Shown: positions 50,673 to 62,555 of the stretch, in pieces | How positions within the stretch are numbered: position 1 is the stretch's first letter | Layout: each line of letters opens with the position of its first letter | Position numbers and translations under genes: made by a program | Origin: Rhynchobatus australiae | Taxonomy: Eukaryota | NCBI GenBank assembly: GCA_034780895.1 | Contig: JAUZTB010000135.1 | Span: 51,148,019 to 51,212,018 of the forward strand | DNA length: 64,000 bases | Reading direction: 5' to 3' | The notes under the pieces: model-generated | Database searches by the model: none | What the model was told of the DNA's origin: nothing | The model's input: only the letters and a program-made list of their open reading frames with translations

Positions 50673-52701
50673 TAATACTATTCTTTGTCATGCAGGTCAT
50701 AATGAATTCCAGAACAATGGCCAGCACTTGCTTTAACTATGTACCTTCCCTTTAAGGTTCACAGGCTGGCTTCATGCAGAGCAGGCCAGCCTTAAGTGGT
50801 GCTAAGCACTAATTGGCTTCCTGCTGAGGTATGGACCTAGTCAAGATTGCACAGAGTTGGCAACAACCATATGAAGTCACAGCTAGCACAAAGTTGTCAC
50901 AGAAGCAACTGGCAAAATTTAATTATATATTATATTACCTCCACTAGTTTTGAGGGAGACTTTCTGTACCCTTTATGAATTTTATAGCCCAAGAAACCAA
51001 AATTTACTAGTACAACTGGGATAGTTTATGTGGTGTGTGTGGATTGCTATGTTTTATTTTTGTAGTTGAAAATAGGTGAAAGCTAATAGTTCTCACATGC
51101 TTGACTAACTCCGGATGGGTTATCAATACATTGATGCCTGAGCTCAACAAATTATCTTCTGGCATGGAAAAATAGTTGTTCTTGGAAGCATGTTGGAAGA
51201 TTATTCATTTTCCTGGCTTCTTACCTAAGTACAGGAACTGTATAGATAATGTGAATCGCCTGAACAACACAGCAGTCCATTGTCTTGAGTCAGTGTGGAG
51301 CTAGTTCTTATATCCCCACTTATGTCTGATCTATGCTGTAACTTAGCAGCACAAAGTGAACAAAGAAACCACTTGTACTATGTATTTCTAAGCACTGACA
51401 TACATATTCATAAGATAAATGATTTTTACAATTATATGTAAAACTGTACAACCTATCCAAATTTCTCACCAGAGAAGAACTGCTCAATAAAATCAGAGCA
51501 GTGGGAATCAGCTTGGCTTAATATATATTTCTTCTGGTAGTTAATGCTCTAAAACACTCAGCACAAAATGCCACAGACTTGGCAGCAACAAACTGATGAT
51601 GTGAATGAAGAGGGCTTTTTGATAAGATCATCATCTGCTGCAAGACTCAGGGGTCTGCGGCATCTCTCCGAGGACACTCAGCAGCCCTGATAAATGTCCC
51701 ATTGTGAACAGATGCAGCTCAGATAACACAAAGCCACTCTGTCCCTTGTCTGTTTGTTTTGCACCAATGCTAAAAAAGCTGCAATGTTATTGCTGTGCCT
51801 CTGTCTGTTCCCACCTCACTTCCCAAAAAAAATCATCACGAATTCTGAATCTATTCTCAAGTTGTCTTTAACTAACAGGTTAGTTTTGTTGGATTTAAAG
51901 CAGGAGGCATGTGATGTGAAATTTCACAGTTGAGAAAGAAATGTCAACCTTTTTTGATAAGAGAGCGATGAACTTTTTTCCTGATGCTATTATGAAGCTG
52001 TAGTGAACAAAATGCATCATTTATAACCTGAAGCACCACTATTATCTGCTGGCTAGACACTTGTTTTTAAACACATAAAGACCTTTTTTTTCTCTGTGAC
52101 TAAAGCTCNNNNNNNNNNNNNNNNNNNNNNNNNNNNNNNNNNNNNNNNNNNNNNNNNNNNNNNNNNNNNNNNNNNNNNNNNNNNNNNNNNNNNNNNNNNN
52201 NNNNNNNNNNNNNNNNNNNNNNNNNNNNNNNNNNNNNNNNNNNNNNNNNNNNNNNNNNNNNNNNNNNNNTGATATATTTGTCTCAATATTTCCTTAATAG
52301 CAAAATACCACAGCATCTATAAACTTCAGGAATTATTGAAACACCACGTCAATAGTGCTGTATAACAACTTTCTGCCCCATTTCTCCTGTTACAGTGACT
52401 ATTCAGTACTCCACGAGCACAATACATAACAGCCATATTTTCTTCCTCACTGTTAAAGTTGTCTACATAAAACATAGATCTCAGCACAATGGGATTCTGA
52501 CTCACTATCAAAGGAAAGGTAGACCAGAGCAACTGAGAAGAGGTATCTGAGTATAAATGATTATTGTCTTTGGGTAAGTACTGGTAAATAAATATGTACA
52601 AAATAATGTTATCATTAAGGAATCTTTCATCTAAACCTCAGCAAAAGCAGCTTTCAGTTTTAAGCCAGATTTTTCACATTTGTCAGAGTAGTCAATATTA
52701 A

Positions 52702-52886
52702 GGGGCAGATTTTCAACTTGACACGTGTGTAAAACTGGCATTGCAGTTCAGCCATCTGTTCTAGAAACCACTCAATTTTCATATCTATTCATTTCTATGG
52801 AATTGAAAATCAGTTTGTTTTGATAACAAGCCATTGAATCACATTGCCAAGTTTACATCAGGGCACTATGCTGAATATCTACTGCC
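52702..52886. mobile_element. Palindromic MITE (Harbinger-like GGG-start ends)
   Basis: tgtaaaactggcattgcagttca versus reverse complement tgtaaacttggcaatgtgattca; inner arms also pair. The whole unit is an imperfect hairpin. Confidence 0.6.
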
Positions 52887-53237
52887 TTGTATTTGAAGTA
52901 CAGTGCCCAAGGACAAATCTCAAGATAATTACAGATGAGGAAGGCTATTCCCTTGATTTGGTTCATCAATCCAGACAAATCTTAATGCATTGTTCCATCT
53001 AAAGGTTTAGACTACACATTGGTCGCTCTTTGCATAAAGAAAAATTTCCTGACAACATTTAAATAATTACTTTAAACTTATGTATCTCTACTCTGCTTAA
53101 CATTTTAAAATTGTATCATTTTCCTATGATTCACATTTCCTCAATCATAAGTTATCACATCATAAGCTATTCGCTCAGTTTTCAACTGCTTCTTTTCCAG
53201 ATTCCAATTTTTTGCAGTTTTTAATCATAATTCAGAC

Positions 53238-53428
53238 TTCTGTGGAATTTATTGCCACAGAGTGGTGAAAGCTAAGACACTGAGTGTACTTAAGGCAGAG
53301 ACTTGATAGGTTCTCGACTAGTAAAGGGGTTAAAGGTTACGGGGAAAAAAGAGGAGAATGGGTTTGAAAAAAAGCATCAGCCATGATTGAATGGCCTAAT
53401 TCTGCTCCTGTATCTTATGGTCTTATTA
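53238..53428 (+). mobile_element. CR1 LINE 3' end
   Basis: LWNLLPQ....AKTLSVLKAE; tail aatggcctaattctgctcctgtatcttatggtctta. Confidence 0.8.
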
Positions 53429-56282
53429 TCACACTACTGATCAGTCTCGCAACTCGTCTCAGCATTGTGTTCAGTGTGTTTGTTGAAAATCTGAAAAGGC
53501 ACCAGACAATTTAGAATGTTGATGTTATTATTCTCTTTATTGCCAAGTAGATATATAAACAAAGCCTTGCATTAAAACATTATTGATCAAGCCAAGCATT
53601 TGGCATTTTTGCATTGGTACTGGTAGATCCAGGATTTTGACAAGTGTCTGTAAATTATAGAACTAAAACATGTATGGCATTTGTGCAATGACAACAAAGT
53701 AGTATTAACAGCTGCACTGCATACAGAAAAGTGAAAGTAGCTCTGTTGCACCACTCAACATGGTTATATGGTGAGGACAACAGGAGTCATGAAATTGTTA
53801 ATCAGGTCACTGTATACATATTACTACCCATAACACACCACTGAGTTGTGCTCTCACACACAGCAACTTTTGCAGAAATAGCCTGTGATTGACACCCTTA
53901 ACTTCACTATGTCATTGCTTTTCAGCACGGGCTAGTGATCCATGACAATTCACAGTACTGCAGCTCAATTGCCATGCACAGTCCAGACTATACTCTAATC
54001 ATACAGAGCCAATGCTTTGTATTGGTTCTTCGAAATGAGAAGTAATCATTACTTAAAACATTAGGAAGTTGGGGGAAATGCTTAAGTTCTATTGGGTGCA
54101 ACATAAAACAGCACTGAGGTGTTTGTGATTCTGAAATCACAGATCAATTTTTAAACTGATAAAAACAACTACCTGGAGAAATGATTCAAAATTCATCTTT
54201 TGATTACTTTTAAAGAAAAAAAGGGTATAAAATATGACTCTTTAATGCAAGTCATATGGTCTTTTTCTCTGAAACCTCTGTGATTCTGGAGTTGTTTTAG
54301 TATAAACAATGAGGCCATAATGAGACCATTTTAGTGGTAGCGATATATGACACAATTTATTTTTGCCAACACCCCATANNNNNNNNNNNNNNNNNNNNNN
54401 NNNNNNNNNNNNNNNNAGTAATTATATCAAATAGCAGGTGATGAGATTTTGCTTTCTTTTGTCTTTCCTTGTAAGCTCCAAGAGTTGCTGCTGCTCCTAA
54501 ATTCTACTGAACTCTAGCCTTTGTTACTGGACCACTTTGACCAACTGAGTCTGGCAATAGTGCCTCTCCTCCATGGTGATCACAAATATAAAGATAACTG
54601 GCAAGATCTTTTGTGAAACATTCATTTCAACAATAATAAGAAATCTCAAATATTCTTTGATCTTTTATACTTCGATTAAAATGATTTACATTTCATTCTT
54701 CAAAAAGTGGATTAATTAAATCTCAATATGAATTAATGATATTGACACGTATGCATTTGTACTCATTTCATTTGTAAATCTTGAACCTTCAAGGGACACA
54801 GATATCCCTCAGTTGACTAGAGTTACCAATTGCTATTCTCCTTCCTTTCAGTCCCAAAAACTCAAATGTCTCATATGATATCAGAAATACACATCAGTCT
54901 GAGTTTGAGCCCGAACTAAAGATTCTTTCTGGAGAATCTTCTCTACAATTCAGATAGAATTGCATGATGTTTAGAATTCAAGATGTGATGAATGAAATTT
55001 TGGCATATAGTAGGCTGGAATCCCCACTGTCTTAACAAACTTGATTTCATACATGTAAATCACAATGGAAGTAGAAGGATGTAACTTTCTCTTCAGTCCA
55101 AGTGCAGGGTTAAAAAAAACAATCTAGTCAAGGAAAGTGGGGATGGTATTTTTCAAATGGATAAATAATATTAGCACTGAGATACCACTCTATGTATTTA
55201 GTATGGATAACGCTATCAACAGCAAGAATATGATCAGCAAAGGCACCTCTTCTAAATTCCAAAGTCTTCTCATCATCAATGGATCAGTTTTCATAAAAAC
55301 AATACAACAAAATATAAAATCTTTCAAAACTATGCAAAAATTTCACAAGTCACCAATGGTCCCACATGCCTTGGCCAGCAAATGTGATTACTGTAAGGTT
55401 TCTGCACAACCATTATTGCAAAGATGTAAACTTAGGCAGACAGTCACCACCATGTAGTATTCTGTTTGAAATATGTGCAATTAAGCAGTGGCAGTTTATC
55501 ATTGTGAAATTTAAGCTAGAAAATTCAATAAAATTGTATCAGAGCATCATTAGGATCAGAAAGATTCAGCTGGAACTTGTTTCTCATCTTTATCAGTTGT
55601 AAAGGTTTGCCAGTATCTGGAGTTATCAAGATAAAGGTAATTTTTTTCCAAGTGTCTAGCATTTTCTGGCCATTTACCCACTCATCCATAATGTCTTCTT
55701 GATCTACATATTCTCACTTTCTCTCTCAAGCATTATTATATAAATGACATAAATCACTGCTGGGTATCCACATCACAGTAACTACACAATAAACACGAGG
55801 AAGAACAATGCACTAGCATCTAAATTGGCCNNNNNNNNNNNNNNNNNNNNNNNNNNNNNNNNNNNNNNNNNNNNNNNNNNNNNNNNNNNNNNNNNNNNNN
55901 NNNNNNNNNNNNNNNNNNNNNNNNNNNNNNAGCATCTAAATTGGCCACTTACAACATAAGTATAAACATAGCACTACCGTTACTGTAATTATGTTACCAC
56001 ACTAATTAAAGACTTGGCCTTAAAATTCAATCACAGAGAGCATGATTTTTAAGTGACATAGGTTCCAAATGCTGTGTAAAATCAATTGGAATCATGATTG
56101 GTAAATTATAGCATGCCTTGTACATATTGAAATATCTGATCACATGGTTCTATATACATTTCATGCACATGCTCAAAGCACACAGAATACCCAGGCATAA
56201 CATCAATGCACATTTGATCTCTGACTTGTCAAACTGATCCATAAATATGCAACTTACATACAGTGTACAACAGATAAGTTAA

Positions 56283-58670
56283 AATTCTGAAATAGAATCA
56301 GAAATTGCTGGAAATGCTCAGTAGGTCAGTTAGCAGCTGTGGAGAAAGAAACACAGTTAATGTTTCAGATCAATGACATTTCATTAGAATTATAAAAAGT
56401 TAAAGATATTGGCAGAGAAACTGGAAAGAGGAGGGAAGAGCCAAAGAGATGCTCTATGAAAGAATGGAGGGCAATAGAAATATCAAAATAGTGCAAGGTA
56501 AAAGAAAATGGTAATGGAAAAAAGAATAAAAAACTGAATTCTTGTCTGTGACTCTGGCAGATGTAAATGGAAAACTGAGAACCATTATCTGAAATTACAA
56601 TAAGCAAACACTTGTAATGGTGGAAAATAGAGAATGCTATTAATAATCACTGAAATTATTCAATTCAATGCCAATTTCAAAAACTTGTAATGCTGGAAGA
56701 TAAGGTACTGTTCTTTAAAAGTATGTAAAGCTTCACTGGAAGTGCATGAGGTTGAAGACAGACAGGTAAGACTGGAAGTGAGATTAAAGTGACAGATGAC
56801 CAGAAGTTTGGGGTTACACTTGAGGATTGAATGGAGCTGTTCCACAAAATGGTCACCCAATCTGCATTTGGTCTCCATGGTGTAAAAGGAAATTACAGCA
56901 TGAGCAGCCAATACAGCATAATAAATAGGAAGAAGAACAAATAAATTGTGAAAGAGTGCGTGGGGCTGTGACTATTGGGAAGGGACAAAGTAAAAGGAAC
57001 AGTCCTGCAATTGCATTGGAAGTTGTGTTGGAGAAGACGTGTGGAAGCAGAAGTGCAAATCAATCTCTCCCAAAGGAAATGGTCCCTTTGGAATGTTGAA
57101 AGAGTAGAGGAAGATTAGACTGTTCAGCAACAGCATCCCTTTGAGTGTGAAAGAAATGGTGGAGAGTGATGCAATGAATGGAGACTAGTTCGGTGGAGAT
57201 TGAAATTTTTCCTGATTTTTGGAGCAGAAAGAAGAGGTGAAAGCAGAAGTGTAATCACGTCCTTTCTATCATGTGGCAACCAGTACTTCAGCCATGACCT
57301 AACTAATGTTTTATAAGACCGTGCCATGACCTCGCTGCTCTTAAAAACTATGTCCCACCTATTGAAGGAAGGTATCCCACATGCCTTCTTCACTCTCTTA
57401 TCTACCTGTGCTGCACACCAATATCCTCACACACACCCCTGCCCCATTCCTCAATACTCCCTAAAACTCATTCATTGTGTAGGCCTTATCAGTTGTCCCA
57501 AAGTATATCACTCGTCACCTATCAGCATTAAATAATTTCTGCCATTGCTCCGTCCATCTTACTAACTGTCCACTATCATCCTGTAGCCTATGGCTCTCCT
57601 ACNNNNNNNNNNTGTCATCTGCAAACTTACTATTCATACCTGCTACATTTATATCCAAATCGCTCAGAAACAGCAAGGGTCCCAGCAATGACCCCTATGG
57701 TACACCCGTGGTCACAGGATGTTTCAATCACAAAGCAAATTCCCACCACCAACCTCTGCCTGCTTTTACTAAACCACTTTTGGGTCCACTTTGCAAACTT
57801 GCCTTTGATCCCATGGGCTCTAACCTTCTGTACTAATTTCCTGTTTAAGACCTTGCCAAAGGCCTTATTAAAGTTGATGTGGACTATATCAACTGCACTG
57901 CATTTTGTTCCTACTTTGAAAAATCCAATAAAATTGGTTATACAGGATCTCCCCCAAACAAAGCCATTCTGACTATCTTTGATTAATCCCTGCCTTTCCA
58001 AATTTAAATAAATCTGGTCCATCAGAATATTTCCCAATAACTTCTCCACCACTGACATTAGACCAACAGGCCTACAAGTTCCTGCTGTCCTTTTTGAATA
58101 AAGGTAAGTGTCTGTGGTTTGAAGAAAAAAGATAAGATCACAAGCACCAATCTGGATGATAGCACTGTTAGCACAAACGTGACAGAAAATGGAGCGGTTG
58201 GGTTCTTACTGGAAGTAAGGGGTAAGGAAGTGTCATTAATATAATTGTGGGAGATGATGGCTCAGAGCGAGTGCTGTCACTAGCCTGTTCCAAGAAAAAA
58301 GGAATGTGAGGAAAGAGGGAAGGAGCCAGATATCTATCATTTGAAGGTGAAAGAAGGGTGGAAACTGTCAGCAAAGCTGATAACGTGTTTTACTTTTGGG
58401 CAAGAGCAGGTATCAGCATCAGTATTTTCATTAATGTTTCAGAAAAGTAGTGAGTAGTGAAAAGTGAAAAGAAAAGTAGTGAGGGCCTGAAAGGGACTGA
58501 AATAAAGAATGTTTAAGAATCTCACAAAGAGACAGGCACAGCATGGAAACAAGTGGATTCCCAAAGTAGCACCTGGTATTGAAGAAAGTGAATGAAGTTG
58601 TGGGCGTTCAATGCGAGAACAAAGTCAATAGTCCAAGGATGGTGGTGGTGGAGGGGAATGGTTGCTTTTC
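56283..58670 (-). mobile_element. Penelope-like element (RT + GIY-YIG endonuclease remnants + terminal repeat), split by a CR1 insertion
   Basis: ORF 56660-56911(-) has ETKCRLGDHFVEQLHS...CHFN (GIY-YIG). 58170-58660(-) has HNFIHFLQ and ISFADSFHPSF (PLE RT). Terminal repeat at 56283-56395. Confidence 0.8.
57262..58102 (-). mobile_element. CR1 LINE RT fragment nested in Penelope
   Basis: ORF 57630-58058: SVVEKLL..IL...I...LE.QGLI.DSQNGFV.GRSCITN, F.KAF.KV. Also YKTLVRS.LKY at 57124-57393. Confidence 0.88.
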
Positions 58671-59051
58671 TGATTGAGGAGGAAGTGAAGAGCCTCAAGC
58701 TATTGATGGAATCTGCTTTTGTTGTACTTCTAATCAAAGCATTCTTCATTTTTAATCAAGTTTTCCATTTAGAGTTTTTCACAAGATCGGTGTGAATGTC
58801 ACAGCTTCCTATAATAGAGCAAGAGATACGATGAACATAATATTCCTTTGTACATAGAGAAAACCATTTTTTTCTGTGAGCTGGAGATTCAGACAGAGGA
58901 ATTGCATTCCATCATACATTTCTGAGCATGATGTGAACTAACATTACACAAAGGAGATGGTTCCGGACTTTGCCAAGGGAGAATTGCTTGCTAATGTGGA
59001 CTTTGGCATAGGAGCAGATGGAACAGTCAAAAATGCTCCAGTTTCTCCCCA

Positions 59052-59278
59052 GGTCCCAAAAATGAGTGGGGATTAGTAGGTGAATTGGCCACTCTAAGTT
59101 GTCCCTAATATGTAGATAAGTGATAGAATCTGGAAGAAGGGGAGTAGTTAGTTGATGAAAATATGGAGAGAATAAAATGGGTTAGGATGGGATTAGTGTA
59201 AAAATGAGTAGTTGATGGTCAGCACGAAGTTAGTGGGCTGAAGGGTCTGTTTCCATGCTCCATCTTTCTATGACTCTA
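59052..59278 (+). mobile_element. 5'-truncated V-SINE
   Basis: aattggccactctaagttgtcccta...gtgggctgaagggtctgtttccatgct...ctatgactcta. Confidence 0.75.
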
Positions 59279-59599
59279 AAGTTATACAGCTGCAGAAGCC
59301 AGCCTTATCGCTTTGGATCTGCAGGAAGCCAGTTTGTATGAGTTTATTGCATAATTATATTTTGCTATATTTTGGTATGTGAGCAATAAACTTGTTTCTG
59401 TCAGGTCTGAACCACAGGGATCTTCCACTTGCTGTAGACAGAACTCTAGCCATCCAACTATATTTGAACAGTTTTGGCTGCAGAGGAGAAGCCCACAATT
59501 ACTCCAAATTTTCTAGACTTCAGGTCAATCCAGGCAGCAATGATAAAGGAAGGCCTTTCTTGAACTGGCTGTGAGGGTTCCTCTCATGTCCTTGAGGAC

Positions 59600-60080
59600 C
59601 ATTCCACGATATGAGGCCTTAGACAAGAAGGCGGTCACTGTTGGAATGCAACGGGATGTTTGATGCCATTCAAACTTGGAATGATAAGAGACCTTGAGTT
59701 CTTGGCCATGATCACCTCTATCAACATGAATTATCACTATTTTCCCTTGATAGTACTATTGTTGTTCTTTCCCCAGCCAGTGACATCCAAAGGATTTACC
59801 AATGACCAGAAATCGACATGGACCACTTAACTTGTTTGGCAGCACATCCAGATAAACTGCATTTTCTACAGTGATGGACTCAACTCCTGACCTTGAAAGA
59901 CTTTCAATCATTTACAAGATACAGTTCAGGTCTGCAGAAGAAGTTCTCCTTGGCTCCAAAGACACTGAAGTATATTTTCTATTTAACCTCTGCAAGTACA
60001 GCTCCCAAGATAGTGACGAACATTTAACTCATTCAGGACATAGCAGCCCTTTCTATTGCTAACCCCATTAACCACTTTGA
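59600..60080 (+). mobile_element. Decayed CR1/Jockey-group LINE fragment
   Basis: LSIIYK.Q.RS in ORF 59871-60062; colinear with 8560-8850 (ccaatgaccagaaa). Confidence 0.45.
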
Positions 60081-60384
60081 ACTTTCACTGTAATGCCTGC
60101 AATTTGCACCTTGTAGGAAAAGCTTGGAAATAACTTGTCAAAGCTTCCCCATCACATTGAAAAGTCTTGACATGCACTACCGAGGAACTCAAAGCTGCTG
60201 AATCTGAGATAACCTAAGAATCACACACCAGCCTCAAATGAAGTATATTTTCTCACAATTAAAGAAAGAGGGTGATTAAAAGGGTCACTTTAAAAAAAAT
60301 CACAATTCAATCAGAGTATAAATAATATTGTTCAACAATGATAAAAACGTATTTTTAATGGTCTGACAAAAAGCACATTGTCTT

Positions 60385-60840
60385 TGAAAGAAAGGAGAGG
60401 AAGAGAAAGAGGGAACAGCGAGGTAAGGGGAGGAGGAGGAAGGGGAGAGAGAGAGTGTGATAGAGATGGAGAATGACACAATCAGAGGGAGTATGAAGCA
60501 GAAAGAGTGAGAAATGCACAATACATAGGGTGGGGAGGGGAGAGAGAGGGAGGGAGAGATGAGGGGTAGGAGCAAAACAGATGAAGGGAAGAACAGAAAG
60601 CATACGGGGAGATGTGGCGTCATGAGAGAGACACCAGAGGGTACACAGTGAATCAATCAAAGGACCATCCCGAATGTGGATTTTCACTGCAACTTCTGCT
60701 TTCTCCTGACATCTCCTTTTCTTCCATTCCTTTCTCCTTGTTGATTCCCTCTCCTCCACTCTAACTCGCTCCACCTACCTGTTTCCCACCTCCTTTGTCT
60801 TCCTCCTCAATCTCATTTTGTCTCTCCTCTGCCTCCTCAA
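60385..60840. repeat. Low-complexity purine-rich (GA) tract followed by pyrimidine-rich (CT) tract
   Basis: gaaagaaaggagaggaagagaaagaggg...(60385-60640); tttctcctgacatctccttttcttcc...(60700-60840). Confidence 0.7.
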
Positions 60841-60859
60841 CTGCAACATACTTGCTCAT

Positions 60860-61400
60860 TTTGCATGAAAGCTATGACCTCAGACTTGGAGCAATAGTTG
60901 GGTGTGCGAGTGCTGTGATGGAGCTAGCAGCCACATCTTTGTTGACAGATTCCATGAAAAGTGTGTGCAGGGTAGAAGCTAGACTGCACCTTGTTGCTGG
61001 ATGCATATTCAGAGTAGTAAACATCACGAGGGCATGCTCATTAGCCTTAGTCTATAGATCCCTATTCATGGTCCTCACTAAGTGCACTCCACTGGAGCAG
61101 AGTTGGCGTGTGATCCTCCCTTCAGGGACCAAACACACCAACTCTCCTTCTTCTATTGGTCGATGCATTCTGCTCATGCCTTATGGCTCACTGCGTGCAG
61201 ACTGAGCTTCTAATTTATCCACCAGTATACTCAAACTCCCATGATCTGAACTGATGGCTGAGATTATAAGATGAAGAGATGGACCTCTATCTTCTTCTGA
61301 GTACAAAGGTTCATCCACTAGGCCTCTGTGGCAGGCACTTCCTGGGTACCAGAAAGGCATAAAGGTTTGCTCATTGTGAGGGAAGGGTACAGGTAAGAGA
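60860..61400 (-). mobile_element. Possible Harbinger second-ORF relic
   Basis: Loose similarity to 12085-12520 (...MES.NKDVAASSITA...); inference only. Confidence 0.25.
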
Positions 61401-61509
61401 GGCAATTGTAAACTATCTGATTCTTATAAGGCAGAAGGGAGTGCAGATTGAGGGGTGTGAATATGAAAAGAAGGAATAGATATGAACATAACTTCACCTT
61501 TAACCAGAG

Positions 61510-61950
61510 AAGCAAAGGACTACAGATGCTGGAATCGAGATGAAAACAGGAGGATGCTGGAGGAATTCAGCAGGCCAGGCAGCATCCATGGCGAAAAGCA
61601 GGCGGTCAGTGCTTCCACCCCACCCCCCCCCCACCATGTTTCTTCCCTTTCTTAGCCCTTTTTTCCCTCTCTTCTTACCTTTTACCCATTCCCCCTGTGG
61701 ATCTGCTCTCCCCTCCTCCCCTGCACCTGCCTATCACTATCTCTTACCTGCATCTACCCATCACTACTTTGTGCCCACCCCGCCTCCCCTCTCTTGTCCA
61801 CCTATCACTGTTCTGCTTTTCCCTCCTATATATTGAGCTTCCCCTTTTTCTATCTTCAGTCCTGAAGAATGGTCCTGACCCAAAACATTGACCACCTGCT
61901 TTTCTCCAGGCCCACTGAATTCCTTCAGCATCATCATGTTTTTTACCTTC
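61510..61950. mobile_element. Non-autonomous Penelope-derived element with inverted terminal repeats
   Basis: cagatgctggaatc...gctggaggaattcagcaggccaggcagcatcc versus ...cccactgaattccttcagcatc; hammerhead-like motif at 61857-61893. Confidence 0.8.
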
Positions 61951-62283
61951 AACCATTTCAGATCATGTATTATGTTTGCATGGACGGTGTGGTTACTATC
62001 CTAAGATGGCTAAAGCTACTTACTATCTGATGAAATTTAGCATGTACATGTTAGGGTCTGCTATAAGTCCGTGACTGTTTGACACCCTTCCCTTGCAAGG
62101 GAGATAGTGTGTCAGTATGTTCCAATGTGTCTAGCAAAATGTTTGCCATGATCTGATATCTTTTTTTATTGCCCCTTCAGTACCCATCCTGGAAGGCTTT
62201 TTGGGCCGCCAAGCATTTAGGATATCTCTCCAGGTATCCCTTTCAACATGGGTTTTGAGGTCAGTTGAAGCAGCATGCTCTAA

Positions 62284-62555
62284 TAAAACAGAAAATGCTG
62301 GAAACACTCAACAGATCAGGTGGCAGACTTAGGTTCTGATGAAGGGTTTCAGACCTGAATCGTTAATTCTGTTTCTCCTTCGCCTGACATGCTGAAAATA
62401 CAAAGCACGTCAGGCAGCATCTGTAGAAGGAGAAACAGAGTTAATGATTCAGGTTTGAAACCCTTCATCAGAACCTGTCCGCTGCCTGATCTGTTGAGTG
62501 CTTTAGCATTTTCTGTTTTAATTTCAGATTTCCAGGATCCACAGTATTTTTGGTT
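62284..62555. mobile_element. Penelope-derived long hairpin (two ~95-bp inverted arms)
   Basis: 62284-62381 versus reverse complement of 62426-62520 is highly similar. Confidence 0.85.

Noticed and set aside
52396-52573. Plus-strand segment with good acceptor (ttctcctgttacag) and GTAAGT donor
   Set aside because: Stop codons in all three frames; no support as a coding exon.
60795-61205. 136-aa plus-strand ORF
   Set aside because: No ATG start, no recognisable domain, begins in low-complexity DNA; probably antisense to a TE relic.
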